64,000 nucleotides of DNA from Octopus vulgaris (GCA_951406725.2 OX597817.1:153078001-153142000), one strand, 5' to 3'; shown: positions 26,050 to 39,684, counted from the stretch's first letter. The notes: generated by a model from the sequence alone, not told the origin. A program made the numbers and translations.

Positions 26050-27418
26050 AATAATGAGGGTCACAAGAACCTAGAGGTGTAGTAGGTCGATAAGCTAATG
26101 TAGAGAAAAATGAAAGATTAAAGTCTCGAAAGAGTACAAGAAAAGGATTAGAAAGGTGTTCAAAATAGAACGAAATGGAATGCTATCAAAGTAATGTATA
26201 CATAGGCTTTGCCAGTATTAAGATATTCTGCTTCTTTTCTAAAATGGACAACGAGCTACAGGAATTAGACAGAAGGTCGAGGAAACCACTCATAATGCAC
26301 AACGTGCACCATCCAAGATAGCTTCTACCTTCCAAGAAAGGAAGGAGGTGGAGGTTTGTTAAACGCAGAAGATACCAGCAGTTTTGCGATACTGGAATTC
26401 AAGAACTATGTTGAGTATTGTAAAGAAGGAATACCGTCTGCAGCAGGAAATATTTTTTTTAAGTCACTGAGTCAGTTGAAGAATTTAAGAACAGAAGGAA
26501 GAAAGATCGGACAAATAGCCGAAAAGAAAAGGAATTACGTAGTCAATTTATGCAAGAAATCGAGGATGCTAGAAATAAGAGGGTTGATTGTGGGTAACAG
26601 GTAGAAACCCGAGACGAGAAACTAAATAGCTAATTATAGCCACCCAGGAACACGGTATTAGAATAAGGCGGCGAGCTAGCAGAAACGTTAGCACGTCGGG
26701 CGAAATGCTTAGCGGTATTTCGTCTGCCGTTACGTTGTGAGTTCAAATTCCGCCGAGGTCGACTTTACCTTTCATCCTTTCGGGGGTCGATAAATTAAGT
26801 ACCAGTTACGCACTGGGGTCGATGTAATCGACTTAATACCTATGTCTGTCCTTGTTTGTCCCCTCTATGTTTAGCCCCTTGTGGGTAATAAAGAAATAGG
26901 TATTAGAATGTATTTGATAGAAACAAAGATTAATAAAACCTAGTCAGAGAGCAAGCGCAGAATCTGTGGAAAAAGTGACGAAAGTATTAACTATTTCTGA
27001 AGTGACTGACTGAAGGTAGCAGAAAAAGAATATAAGCGCCAGAAAGACTGTGTAAGTAAAAGAATAAATTGAGATGGTAGCAATGTGTGGTGATTCAAAG
27101 TAAAAGAAAAGTTGTATAAACACGATGCTGTGATGGTGAATAATAACTACAAGATTTTATAGAATTTTTCCATAACGATACAGCAAGTTACTGAATCATA
27201 CGATAGTAGAGAACAAAAAAACAACAAAAGCAGTATATGATTATAGATTTTGCAACACCACAAAAAAAACAAAACAAATGGAAAAGTATGACGAGCTAAC
27301 CACAAAGAAAAGATTGGAGAATACATAGGTGACAATTGTTCCTGTCGCAATTGGTGTATTTGGCATGGCACCAAAACTGCTGCATAAGAGGCTGACGAAT
27401 GCTGGAATTGAGACGATT
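26050..27418 (+). pseudogene. Older decayed R4/Dong-like RT C-terminus and RLE fragment, interrupted by a SINE
   Basis: 'LPRKEGGGGL', CRIC-like remnant (gcagaatctgtgga), 'IDFA', 'IVPVAIGVFG'. Confidence 0.65.
26666..26898 (+). mobile_element. SINE family B, full length with TSD
   Basis: AGGCGGCGAGCT head, B box GAGTTCAAATTCC, Nin-like core CCTTTCATCCTTTCGGGGGTCGATAAATTAAGTACCAG; TSD GGTATTAGAAT on both sides. Confidence 0.92.
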
Positions 27419-27629
27419 ATGTATGTATGTATGTATGTATGTATGTATGTATGTATGTATGTATGTATGTATGTATGCATGCAAGTATGTATGTATGTAT
27501 GTATGTATGTATGTATGTATGTACGTATGTATGTATGTATGTATGTATGTATGCATGCATGTATGTATGTATGTATGTATGTATGTATGTATGTATATAC
27601 GTGTATATATATGTATATGTATATGCTGA

Positions 27630-27945
27630 GACCCCTTCGGTCATGACTGACCATGGGATTGCATCTAGTAAGTTACCCTCCCAAGCACAAGTCCAGGCAA
27701 GGATGTTTATGGAAGACCAACAGTCGCCCATGCATACCGGCCTCCCCTCTCCACGCCACCAGTGTTATCCAAGGGAAAGGCAAAGGTCGATACTGCTTGG
27801 CACCAAGTAACGTCGCAACTCATTTCTACAGCTGAGTGAACTGGAACAACGTGAAATAAAGTGTCTTGCTCAAGAACACAACACGCAGCCCGGTCCGGGA
27901 TTCGAACTCACAACCTCACGATCGAAAGCTCGACGCTCTAACTAA
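27630..27945 (-). mobile_element. tRNA-derived SINE family C
   Basis: Reverse complement of the copy at 38725-39055, slightly 5'-truncated. Confidence 0.88.
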
Positions 27946-27985
27946 TGTATTTCTATATACGAGCACGTATACATTTGCACGTATT

Positions 27986-28150
<165 letters not shown>

Positions 28151-28285
28151 CAAAATAAAAGGTCGAAATGGAGTATTTGTTATTGTTCGTTCTTAAAATA
28201 CGATATTGAAAAAATAGTTACTAGTTCATTCGTACCTAATACTAACAAATAGTATTGAATTTAAACGCCAGTATAGTAAACAAAC

Positions 28286-28326
28286 CTTTCTCGACCGTTT
28301 TCATCTCTCTTGAGATTTTCAAAAGT
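28286..28326 (-). ncRNA. Degenerate hammerhead-like motif in a (TA)n-abutting element
   Basis: cttTTGAAAA-TCTC aaga GAGA-t-GAAA-ACGG-TC-gag: two core substitutions; about 140 nt from the (TA)n ending at 28148. Confidence 0.3.
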
Positions 28327-28733
28327 ATGACCTTACCGGCGTTGACATTCCTAATGTATGACTGTAGAACATACTAGGTCCCAGAGGCATAAAATGTTAT
28401 AAAGTCATCTCAATTAAAACAATACATTTAATTTCGGTTGATATTTTTTCTTCTATCTTTTTTGTTTTTATTTGTTTCAGTTATTAGTCTGTGGCCGTGA
28501 TGGGGCAGTTTATAAATTGCATTTATTTATCTTTGTTGTTCCGTTATTGAATCGTTGCATTGATGAAACGAAAAATATTATATAATTTGTCATAGTTCGA
28601 TTTGGTTGTTATTTCTAGCAAATTGAACAACCACACAGAGTTGTTCAATTGGCTCATTTGTTGATGTGTATAAGTAAACAAAAACTAAGACGCATACACA
28701 AACATATATGAATGTATGTGTGTGTATGTGTGT

Positions 28734-28819
<86 letters not shown>

Positions 28820-29490
28820 TAATAAATGTCGCGTGGTGGAAATTCACGCATCTTTCCCTTTCTATATTTTTTGTATGCTGGCTCAGGGCAATTTCTCGTG
28901 AATACTGCAACCAATTTTGTTGACGTTGTAATGTCATTCTGTTACAATGTTTGGAAAATAACTCTCGACAATCTTTGAGTAATAAAATGCAAATAAATTT
29001 TTATATTAACCCGAAAAGTTACTCTTAAATCTGACAACATGTTCTTTGAAATGATATTTATTTGAAAAGAGATCTTTCATTGCAACAAAACCAAATAAAT
29101 AGCTACATCCTCCTTGTTCGGTCTTTTACAGTTACTGAGTTTTAGATCCTTAGTATTATGCGCTCGCACTCATCGTCATCTTTTTCATAGATTCGGCATG
29201 CCCATGCTTTTTACTTTTGATACTAACATTTTTTTATACCCATGATGTGTTTCATATTGTTTTGGTGCCAAAGTAATATCGGTAGGTGTTGATAAAAATC
29301 ATAAACCAGCTGACCCCGTGCCGTCAAAAGTGACACTAATTGTAGTACCAATAATATTAATACGCCAGTTTGTTTTTGTACGTAGCTAACGCGTGTCACA
29401 CTTAAGAGAAAGAAATTGTTGAAAGAAATTTTGTTGCTTGAATAAAAAATTAACTACAACTCTTCATATATACATAATACATATATGTAT

Positions 29491-29654
29491 GGGCGCAGGA
29501 GTGGCTGTGTGGTAAGTAGCTTGTTTACCAACCACATGGTTCCGGGTTTAGTCCCACTGCGTGACAGCTTGGAAAAGTGTCTTTTACTATAGCCTCGGGC
29601 CAACCAAAGCCTTGTGAGTGGATTTGGTAGACGGAAACTGAAAGAAGCCTGTCG

Positions 29655-29708
<54 letters not shown>

Positions 29709-29928
29709 TGTGTGTGTTTGTGTGTCTGTGTTTGCTTGACAACCGATGCTGGTGTGTTTATGTCCCTGTAACTTAGCGGTTCGGCAAAAGAGACCGATAG
29801 AATAAGTACTGGGCTTACAAAAGAATAAGTCCCGGGGTCGAGTTGCTCGATTAAATGCGGTGCTTCAGCATGGCCGCATGGCCGCAGTCAAATGACTGAA
29901 ACAAGTAAAAGAGTAAAAGAGTAAAGAG
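29491..29928 (+). mobile_element. SINE family A, full length
   Basis: Head, internal microsatellite and tail all present. Confidence 0.92.
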
Positions 29929-29975
29929 TATGTATATATATAACCCAAAATTATATATATACACATGTATACATA

Positions 29976-30095
<120 letters not shown>

Positions 30096-30194
30096 AGATA
30101 GATATAGATATATGCATATGTATATATTATTTATATTATTTGATTGAATGCCACGTTTCCATTCCCTAGTAAGTTTATCCCTTTCTCTCCTCCT

Positions 30195-30255
<61 letters not shown>

Positions 30256-30542
30256 AAGAGAGAAAGAGAGAGAGTGAGAGATATTCATATTTTTGAGGGA
30301 TTGCGATGCTAATAATCTGGTGTTAGAACTCAGGCGTCTACAATGAGGTAATGACAAACAAACAAAACAAAAAAAAAAGGAGTTTACAAAGGAAATAAAA
30401 TTGTTATGAAGTTCATTAACTTAAGTTGTTTCTGCTCTAGGGTGCAATGCTCTCATGTTTGAGCGCTTGGGTATCACCCTGAAGCTTCATCGGAGTTTAA
30501 GATCCGATGAAGCTATAGAGAGATATAAAATAATAAAATAAA

Positions 30543-30760
30543 TGTGCCCGGTTTCGCGGTTTCTATGGCGTATGTGCTCCCCAGGTGAACTGGACGCCAG
30601 TCCATCGCAGCGTTACTCATTTTTGTTAGCTGAGTGGACTGGAGCAACGTGAAATGAAATGTTTCACACAAGAACACAACGCGTCGACCGGTCCAGGAAT
30701 TGAAACCACAATCTTACGATCATGATGCTGACACCCTAACCACTAAGCCACGCACCTCTA
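30543..30760 (-). mobile_element. SINE family C' (C-like head and core, different tail)
   Basis: Shares GCTGAGTGGACTGGAGCAACGTGAAAT...AAGAACACAAC with family C; second copy at 34372-34608. Confidence 0.8.
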
Positions 30761-30808
30761 CATAGAGAGATATACAGACATTGAAATATGAGTGCGTTGC
30801 ATCTTATA

Positions 30809-31775
30809 TTTTTCTTTACTACCCACAAGGGGCTAAACATAGAGGGGACAAACAAGGACAGATAAAGGGATTAAGTCGATTACATTAACTCCAGTGCGTA
30901 ACTGGTACGTATTTAATCGACCCCGAAATGATGAAAGGCAAAGTCGACCTCGGTGGAATTTGAACTCATAACATAACGGCAGACGAAATACCTATTTCTT
31001 TATTACCCACAAGGGGCTAAACACAGAGGGGACAAACAAGGACAGATAAAGGGATTAAGTCGATTATATTGACTCCGGTGCGTAACTGGTACTTATTTAA
31101 TCGACCCCGAAAGGATGAAAGGCAAAGTCGACCTTGGTGGAATTTGAACTCATAACGTAACGGCAGACGAAATACCTATTTCTTTATTACCCACAAGGGG
31201 CTACACATAGAGGGGACAAACAAGGACAGATAAAGGGATTAAGTCGATTACATTGACTCCAGTGCGTAACTGGTACGTATTTAATCGACCCCGAAAGGAT
31301 GAAAGGCAAAGTCGACCTTGGTGGAATTTGAACTCATAACGTAACGGCAGACGAAATACCTATTTCTTTATTACCCACAAGGGGCTACACATAGAGGGGA
31401 CAAACAAGGACAGATAAAGGGATTAAGTCGATTATATTGACTCCGGTGCGTAACTGGTACTTATTTAATCGACCCCGAAAGGATGAAAGGCAAAGTCGAC
31501 CTTGGTGGAATTTGAACTCAGAACGAAGCGGCAGACGAAATACCAATTTCTTTACTACCCACAAGGGGCTAAACATAGAGGGGACAAACAAGGACAGATA
31601 AAGGGATTAATTCGATTATATTGACTCCGGTGCGTAACTGGTACTTATTTAATCGACCCCGAAAGGATGAAAGGCAAAGTCGACCTCGGTGGAATTTGAA
31701 CTCAGAACGTAACGGCAGACGAAATACCGTTAAGCATTTCGACCGGCGAGCTGGCAGAAACGCTAGCACGCCGGT
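30809..31775 (-). mobile_element. Five-unit tandem multimer of SINE family B (184-bp period) with one head and a 14-bp TSD
   Basis: Units start at 30809, 30993, 31177, 31361, 31545; CGTTGCATCTTATA at 30795-30808 and 31776-31789. Confidence 0.93.
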
Positions 31776-32115
31776 CGTTGCATCTTATAGTAAAGGTAAG
31801 CTAATGAAATTCATAACACAACCGTTTATTTTCTGTGTTTGTGTGCGTCAGCGTGTATTAGTGTGTGTGATCGAATCTGAAATCTCATGATTACGGAGCA
31901 AGCTTTTTAACCACTAGGACATGCCTGTATTCATCTGCGAATGCACCAACATACCAAACGCCCACATGCACTCACACACTGTCGCACGCTCTCCAACACA
32001 TATTTACGGAGAAAAGACATAGTAACTTTATCTAGATTTTAGTAGCTACTTAAATCTACATAAAACGACTCACACTCTGCACACGCGCGCGAACGAGTGT
32101 GTGCATGTATGTACG

Positions 32116-32194
<79 letters not shown>

Positions 32195-32274
32195 TATATA
32201 TAAGTATATATATATGTATATGTATATACATATATATATGTATATATATATATATGTATATATATACATATATT

Positions 32275-32313
<39 letters not shown>

Positions 32314-32314
32314 T

Positions 32315-32408
<94 letters not shown>

Positions 32409-32732
32409 CATATATATATATACTCATATTTGTGTAGGTGTTTTGACGTCTTTTGACATATGTGTATCTATATTTATGTGCAAATACACACACGCGCACA
32501 CACACATACAAATACACATGGACACACAAACACACACACACACGCACACACGAATACACAGTCCGCACATGTAGGAAGAGAGTGAAAAGGGAGAAACTTT
32601 ATGTAACTTTAAGTAGCTTCATGTTGCGCAGAACAGAGAACTGGATACGAAGACAAATAACTCAATTTCTATTTCACGTTCAGAAATCTACACTAACTCA
32701 ATTAGAAAACCGAACACTTAACAATCGGATAT

Positions 32733-32783
<51 letters not shown>

Positions 32784-32806
32784 CATACATATATACATAC
32801 ATACAT

Positions 32807-32875
<69 letters not shown>

Positions 32876-32900
32876 CACATATAAACATACACATATAAAC

Positions 32901-32932
<32 letters not shown>

Positions 32933-32946
32933 GTATGTATATATGT

Positions 32947-32981
<35 letters not shown>

Positions 32982-33160
32982 AATACATATATGTATGTAT
33001 ATATGTGTGTGTGTGTGTATATATATATATACCTGCTTCCATTTCCTGATATATAATATATACTGTAATTGTTCCCTTGTTGTTGTTTATATTTCCGTAT
33101 ATTAAAATTATACATACATATACATGCATGGGCATATATCTATATAGAAATATGTGTGTA

Positions 33161-33206
<46 letters not shown>

Positions 33207-33450
33207 GTATACATATATATATGTAAGAAAGGAAAAGAAAACATTGGTCTATTGTTGACATGTTGTGTAGTGACCCAAGAAAACGTATGGAAGCATACAT
33301 AATACATATATATATGTATGTCTATGCCCGTGTGTGTGTGTGTGTATTTGTGTATATGTATGTGTGTGTGTATGCATCTATGTGCACTTGTCCTTTGTAT
33401 CTTATTTCTACGCCATTCAGCAGCCATTAGAACTCTTTTGGTGTGCGTGT

Positions 33451-33512
<62 letters not shown>

Positions 33513-33849
33513 GTAGAGAGAGAGAGTAAAAGAATTATATAGATAGAGAAAGATAAAAAGAGAGATGGAGAGAGGCGGAGAGTATTTAACAAATTGTATT
33601 TCCCAGTACCAGCTAACTAACAATATAATAATTATGAATAGAAATCAATAAGAACAAAAACGAACAGCAGCAGCAGCAGCACCACCACCACCACCACCAC
33701 CACCACCACCACCACCACAACCACCACCACCGCCACCGCCGCCACCACCACCACCACTGCCACCATCAAGACATTAATGGCGATGAAGATGACAGCGATG
33801 AAGACGACGACGACGACTATGATGACCACCAGCACCAGCACCAGCACCA

Positions 33850-33904
<55 letters not shown>

Positions 33905-34062
33905 GCAGCAGCAGCAGCAAATCAAAGAAAGCGAGAACAAGAAAGCAATAAAAACTTTGCCAATGAAACTTTTGACTTCAAAAGAAAAGACAAAAAATTC
34001 ATAAGAAAAGTTCTAAGGACAAAAGCGCTAACCACAATAGCGCTCGCAGACACAGACATATG

Positions 34063-34285
34063 CGAGGCGGGGGGGGGGGGGGCTGATAAGTTCCTGGCTT
34101 TAAGGAGGTCGCGAAAGGCCTAGATCGAGGCCTAACATTCTGAGTTCTTTTATAGGCCTTAGAAAAATTGAAGGATCACTGCAAAAAGTGTGCGAATTTG
34201 GGAGAAAAATATGTTGAATAAAATCATGATTAACTGATCCTCCTGTATTTTCTTTTACTCAAAGCCTGTAACTGTTCAGCACTCC

Positions 34286-34289
<4 letters not shown>
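34063..34289. mobile_element. Mariner-like MITE
   Basis: Imperfect TIRs CGAGG..GCTGATAAGTT / AACTGTTCAGCACTCCCTCG-TA; related copy at 35617-35827. Confidence 0.7.
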
Positions 34290-34354
<65 letters not shown>

Positions 34355-34371
34355 ATATATATATATATATG

Positions 34372-34605
34372 CACCCTTTTAAAGCCTATCCAGGCTCATG
34401 GGCCCGGTTTCAATGGCGTATGTGTTCCCCAGTTAGACGGGTCACCAGTCCATTGCAGCATTACTCATTTTTGCCAGCTGAGTGAAGTGGAGCAACGTGA
34501 AATGAAGTGTTTTGCTCAAGAACACAACACGTCATTCGGTCCAGGAATCGAAACCACAATCTTACGATCATGATGCTGACACCCTAACCACTAAGCCACG
34601 CGCCT

Positions 34606-34608
<3 letters not shown>
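34372..34608 (-). mobile_element. SINE family C'
   Basis: Homologous to 30543-30760, including the tRNA-like head (CCCTAACCACTAAGCCACGCGCCTCC on +). Confidence 0.82.
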
Positions 34609-34654
<46 letters not shown>

Positions 34655-34656
<2 letters not shown>

Positions 34657-34736
34657 GTGAGAATTTACAAAAAAGCAAAAGACGAAGACGTGTGTAAACA
34701 ACAAACAGATGTATTAGTTTAAAACTCGGGAAGCGA

Positions 34737-34740
<4 letters not shown>
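34655..34740 (-). mobile_element. Extreme 3' fragment of a Neptune-like PLE in (TA)n
   Basis: Reverse complement (ACTAATACATCTGTTTGTTG...CTTCGTCTTTTG) aligns by eye to 45760-45842. Confidence 0.65.
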
Positions 34741-34820
<80 letters not shown>

Positions 34821-34821
34821 T

Positions 34822-35020
34822 ATAGTTAATCCAAACATGAAAACACAAAGAGAAAACACAACAACGCAAGGACGTGGAACAAATATTGTGTTATTGGACG
34901 CTCAGGAAAGGAAAGAAAGAAGGAGGATTTAACGTTTCGAGCGGAACTCTTCGTCAGAAACATAGGAAAAGGAAAGATCCATGGAAGGGAAGACGGAGGA
35001 AAAAAATCGCCAACGATTCA
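34822..35020 (-). mobile_element. Short PLE pseudo-LTR fragment in (TA)n carrying a hammerhead
   Basis: Shares the hammerhead layout and downstream TTCCTGAGCG with the Neptune 3' end. Confidence 0.7.
34927..34961 (-). ncRNA. Minimal type I hammerhead ribozyme motif
   Basis: ttt-CTGACGA-a-GAG ttccg CTC-GAAA-CG-TT-aaa. Confidence 0.7.
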
Positions 35021-35111
35021 ATATATATATATTAATGGCGGTGCCCCATTCAAGGCTGGAACTGGAATCAATCAATAATCAATCATATATATATATATAT
35101 ATATATATATA

Positions 35112-35520
35112 CTCTTTACTTTTACTCTTTTACTTTTTCAGTCATTTGACTGCGGCCATGCTGGAGCACCGCCTTTAGTCGAGGAAATCGACCCCGGGAC
35201 TTATTCTTTGTAAGCCCAGTACAAATTCTATCGGTCTCTTTTTGCCGAACCGCTAAGTGACGGGGACGTAAACACACCAGCATTGGTTGTCAAGCAATGC
35301 TAGGGGCACAAACACAGACACACAAACACATACACACACATACACACACATATATATATACATATATACGACAGGATTCTTTCAGTTTCCGTCTACCAAA
35401 TCCACTCACAAGGCATTGGTCGGCCCGGGGCTATAACAGAAGACACTTGCCCAAAATGCCACGCAGTGGGACTGAACCCGGAACCATGTGGTTGGTAAGC
35501 ATGCTACCACACACCACTCC
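35112..35520 (-). mobile_element. SINE family A
   Basis: Tail to head recognisable on the minus strand. Confidence 0.9.
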
Positions 35521-35530
35521 TAAGCATCCC

Positions 35531-35616
<86 letters not shown>

Positions 35617-35620
<4 letters not shown>

Positions 35621-35827
35621 GGGATGCTTAAAGGATCCTGGTTTTAGGGATGTTCCGAAAGGCCTGATTGGAAGCCCAAAGTTCTGAGTGCTTTTACAGG
35701 GCTTAGAAAAGCTGAAGGACCGCTGCAATAAGTGTGGAAATATGAGAGGGGAATATGTTGAATAATTAAGTGATCTTCCTGTAATTTTCATTTATCAAAA
35801 GCCTGAAACCTTTTCAGAACTCCCGCG
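35617..35827. mobile_element. Mariner-like MITE, second copy
   Basis: Aligns by eye to 34063-34289 (GAAAGGCC...CTTAGAAAA..TGAAGGA...ATATGTTGAATAA...TGATC.TCCTGTA). Confidence 0.7.
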
Positions 35828-36089
35828 CACAAATATATCGAAGCGGTCTAACTTCGTTGTTATTTCGAGTTTCTCCTGTCTTGTACAATGAACGTATAAC
35901 AAACATGAACCTCGGAGTAGGACCGGCTTGAAATCTCAACTGCGAATGTTTAGCTAAAATTTAATAATAGGCTTTGAGCCATTTATTCCCTCTTGTTGGC
36001 TCACCTAATTGATATTCACCAACGGACATCCATACACACATACATGCTTACATATACATACATACATGGGTTCAATTAAACATATGCAT

Positions 36090-36145
<56 letters not shown>

Positions 36146-36148
<3 letters not shown>

Positions 36149-36307
36149 CGCAGGAGTGACTGTGTGGTAAGTAGCTTATTTACAACCACATGGTTCCGGG
36201 TTCATTCCCACAGCGTGGTACCTTGGGCAAGTGTCTTCTACTATAGCCTCGGGCCATCCAAAGCCTTGTGAGTGGATTTGGTAGACGGAAACTGAAAGAG
36301 CCCCGTC

Positions 36308-36365
<58 letters not shown>

Positions 36366-36597
36366 ATGCATGTGTATATGTTTGTGTGACAGTGTTTGTC
36401 CCCCCAACATCGCTTGACAACCGTTGGTGGTGTGTTTACGTCCCTGTAACTTAGCCGTTCGGTAAAAGAGGCCGATAGAATAAGTACTAGGCTTCCAAAG
36501 AACAAGCCCTGTGGTTGATTTGCTCGACTAAAGGTGATGCTCCAGCATGGTCAAAGTCAAATGACTGAAGCAAGTAAAAGAGAGAAAGAGAAAAGAG

Positions 36598-36598
<1 letters not shown>
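36146..36598 (+). mobile_element. SINE family A
   Basis: Full-length match to the other copies. Confidence 0.9.
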
Positions 36599-36654
<56 letters not shown>

Positions 36655-37494
36655 CACACACATTCATCATATTACATTATTTTATGTGTGAACATGTTTT
36701 TGTGTTTGCTTGTGTGTATGCGCGTGTGTCTGTGTTTGTGTATCATTAATAATTACACACACACACACAAGCACACATATATGAATAATATATGCGTATA
36801 CAGTTGTTTGTGTAATATATATATATAATGCGTGTATATATACATATATATATATATAGATACATGTAAGCATATATATATATATGTATATGTATATATA
36901 TATGTGTCCATGTAAATGCATGTATGTGTGTATGTGTTCATGTATATTGTTTGGGACAGAGAAAGAGAGAGAGAGACAGCGAGAGAGAGAGAAAGAGAGA
37001 GAGACAAAGAGAGAGACAGAGAGACAGAGAGAGAGAGAGAGAGACACAGAGAGAGAGAGAGAGAGAGAAAGAAAGCGAAGGAGAAGAAAGAAAGAACGTA
37101 AAAATCTCCAGACCACCTAATTACCCAATATTAATTGAAATATTTTAATTAATCACAGTTTGATTGATTAAATATTGAATAGAGTAATATAATATTTCAC
37201 AGTAATTAATAATTTTATAGATGGTATGGTGGAGATGGTGGTGGTAGTGTCTTCGTAATGGCGAAGATGTTGGTGGTTGTAACGTGGTAATATTACTATG
37301 GTGATGGTGGTAGTGTGGTAATGGCGTCGATGGAGGAGTTGCTGTTGTAATTTTAGTGGTTGTGATGGTAATGGCAGTGGTGCTGGTGGTTATGGCTGTG
37401 GTGGTGGTTGTGGCGGGGCTTATAGTGGTTGTTGTGATAGCAGTGGTTGTAGTGGTGGTGATTGGTTGTGGTGGCGGTGGTTGTGGTGGTTGTG

Positions 37495-37648
37495 ATTCGT
37501 CTGTCTTTACATTTTGAGTTCAAATTCCGCCGAGGTCGACTTTGCCTTTCATCCTTTCGGGGTCGATAAATTAAGTACCAGTTGCATACCGGGGTCGATC
37601 TTATCGACTGGCCCACTCCTCCAAAATTTCGGGCTTTAGTAGAAAAGG
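37495..37648 (+). mobile_element. SINE family B, 5'-truncated (alternative tail)
   Basis: GAGTTCAAATTCCGCCGAGGTCGACTTTGCCTTTCATCCTTTCGGGGTCGATAAATTAAGTACCAG. Confidence 0.85.
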
Positions 37649-38122
37649 TTGTGGTGGTGGTTGTACAGGTTGTAGTCGTTGTTGTAGTGGTAGTTGTTGT
37701 GGTGGTAGTTATAGTGTGGTGGTTGTGCAGGTTGTGGTGGTCGTTTTAGTGGTTGTTGGGATGCTAGTTGTGATGGTAATGTTTGAAGTGGTAGCTATAA
37801 CTGTGGTTGTGGTGGTGGCTGTACAGGTGGTAGTTGATATAGAGGTTGTGGTAGTCGTTTTCGTGGTTATTGAGATGCTGGTTGTGATGGTGATGGTTGA
37901 AGTGGTGGCTATAACTGTGGTTTTGGGTGTTACTGCATGGTGTTGGGTTTGTCAGGGTGATGAACGCAGTACTGCTTTCGAGCGGTGGCATTAGTGGTGG
38001 TAGTGGTAATGGTGGCAGTGAATGGTGGTTGTAGTGCTGGTAGAGATGGTAATAGCGATGGCGGTGGTGATGTTTGTAGTTATAATTATTATAAAAGTTG
38101 TAGCATTGGTGTGGTATTGCTC

Positions 38123-38528
38123 TAGGAGTGGCTGTGTGGTAAGTAGCTTGCTTACGAACCACATGGTTCCGGGTTCAGTCCCACTGCGTGGCACCTTGGG
38201 CAAGTATCTTCAACTATAGACTCGGGCCGACTAAAACCTTGTGAGTGAATTTGGTAGACGGAAACTGAAAGAAGCCCGTCGTATATATGTATATGTATAT
38301 ATATATATATGTGTGCGTGTTTATCTATGTTTGTCCTCCCAACATCGCTTGACAACCGATGCTGGTGTGTTTACGTTCCCGTAACTTAGCAGTTCGGCAA
38401 AATGGACTGCTAGAATAAGTACTAAGCTTACAAAAAATAAGTCCTGGGGTTGATTTGCTCAACTAAAAGTGGTGCTCCAGGATGGCCACAGTCAAATGAC
38501 GGAAACAAGTTAAAGAGTAAAAGAGTAA
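38123..38528 (+). mobile_element. SINE family A
   Basis: Match to the other copies. Confidence 0.9.
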
Positions 38529-38724
38529 TAACTGTAATATCAATGATGATGATGCTGGAACTGGTGGTTGTGGTAGTAATCGTGACGATGGTTGTCATGA
38601 TGTTGCTGATGATAATGGTGGTGATGCTGGTGACGGTTTTGGTGATGGTGGAGTTGATAGTAATGAAAATGGCGGTGGTGATGATGGTGGTGGAGATAGT
38701 AGTGTTAATGATAATGATGGTGAA

Positions 38725-39055
38725 GGCGGATGGCTCAGTGGTTAGAGCGTCGAGCTTACGATCGTGAGGTTGTGAGCTCGAATCCCGGACCGGGCTGCGT
38801 GTTGTGTTCTTGAGCAAGACACTTTATTTCACGTTGCTCCAGTTCACTCAGCTGTAGAAATGAGTTGCGACATCACAGGTGCCAAGCTGTATCGGCCCTT
38901 GCCTTTCCCTTGGACAACATCGGTGACGTGGAGAGGGGAGACCGGTATGCATGGGCGACTGCTGGTCTTCCATAAAACAACCTTGCCCAGACTTGTGCCT
39001 CAGAGGGTAACTCTCTAGGTGCAAACCCATGGTCAGTGTCTAACCGAAGGGGGTC
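38725..39055 (+). mobile_element. tRNA-derived SINE family C, full length
   Basis: A box TGGCTCAGTGG, B box GCTCGAATCC, core GTGTTCTTGAGCAAGACACTTT. Confidence 0.9.
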
Positions 39056-39184
39056 AAAGAAAGAAAGATGATGGTGATGGCAATAGCAATGATGGTAGTT
39101 ATAGTTACCATGCTCTGTTGCTGTATTGCTTAAATTTCGCAAAATTTCCTCTCCAAATAACACCAATATTCATATTAACTTACT

Positions 39185-39612
39185 CAGGAGTGGCTGTGTG
39201 GTAAGTAGCTTGCTTACTAACCACATGATTCCGGGTTCAGTCCCTCTGCGTAGTACCTTGGACAAGTATCTTCTACTATAGTTTGGACCGACCAAAGCCT
39301 TGTGAGTAGTTTTGGTAAACGGAAGCTGAAAGAAGTCCGTCGTATGTATATGCATCTGTGTGTGTGTGTGTGTGTGTTTGTGTGTGTGTGCGCGCGTGTT
39401 TGTGTGTCTGTGTTTGTCTCCCCCAAACATCACTTGACAACCGATGCTGGTGTGTTTACGTCCTCGTAACTTAGCGGTTCGGTAAAAGAAACCGATAGAA
39501 TAAGTACTAGGCTTACAAAGAATAAGTCTTGGGGTCAATTTGTTCGACTAAAGGCGGTGCTCCAGCATGGCCGCAGTCAAATCACTGAAAGAAATAAAAA
39601 ACACAAAAGAAA
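39185..39612 (+). mobile_element. SINE family A
   Basis: Match to the other copies. Confidence 0.9.
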
Positions 39613-39684
39613 AGAACGATCTACGTAACTATGTCAGTATGAAGCACCTCTAATTAGGAGGGTTTAAACCACGAAAGTAATTCT

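Noticed and set aside
38725-38800. tRNA gene
   Set aside because: tRNA-like head continues into a SINE body with a second copy at 27630-27945; acceptor stem not intact.
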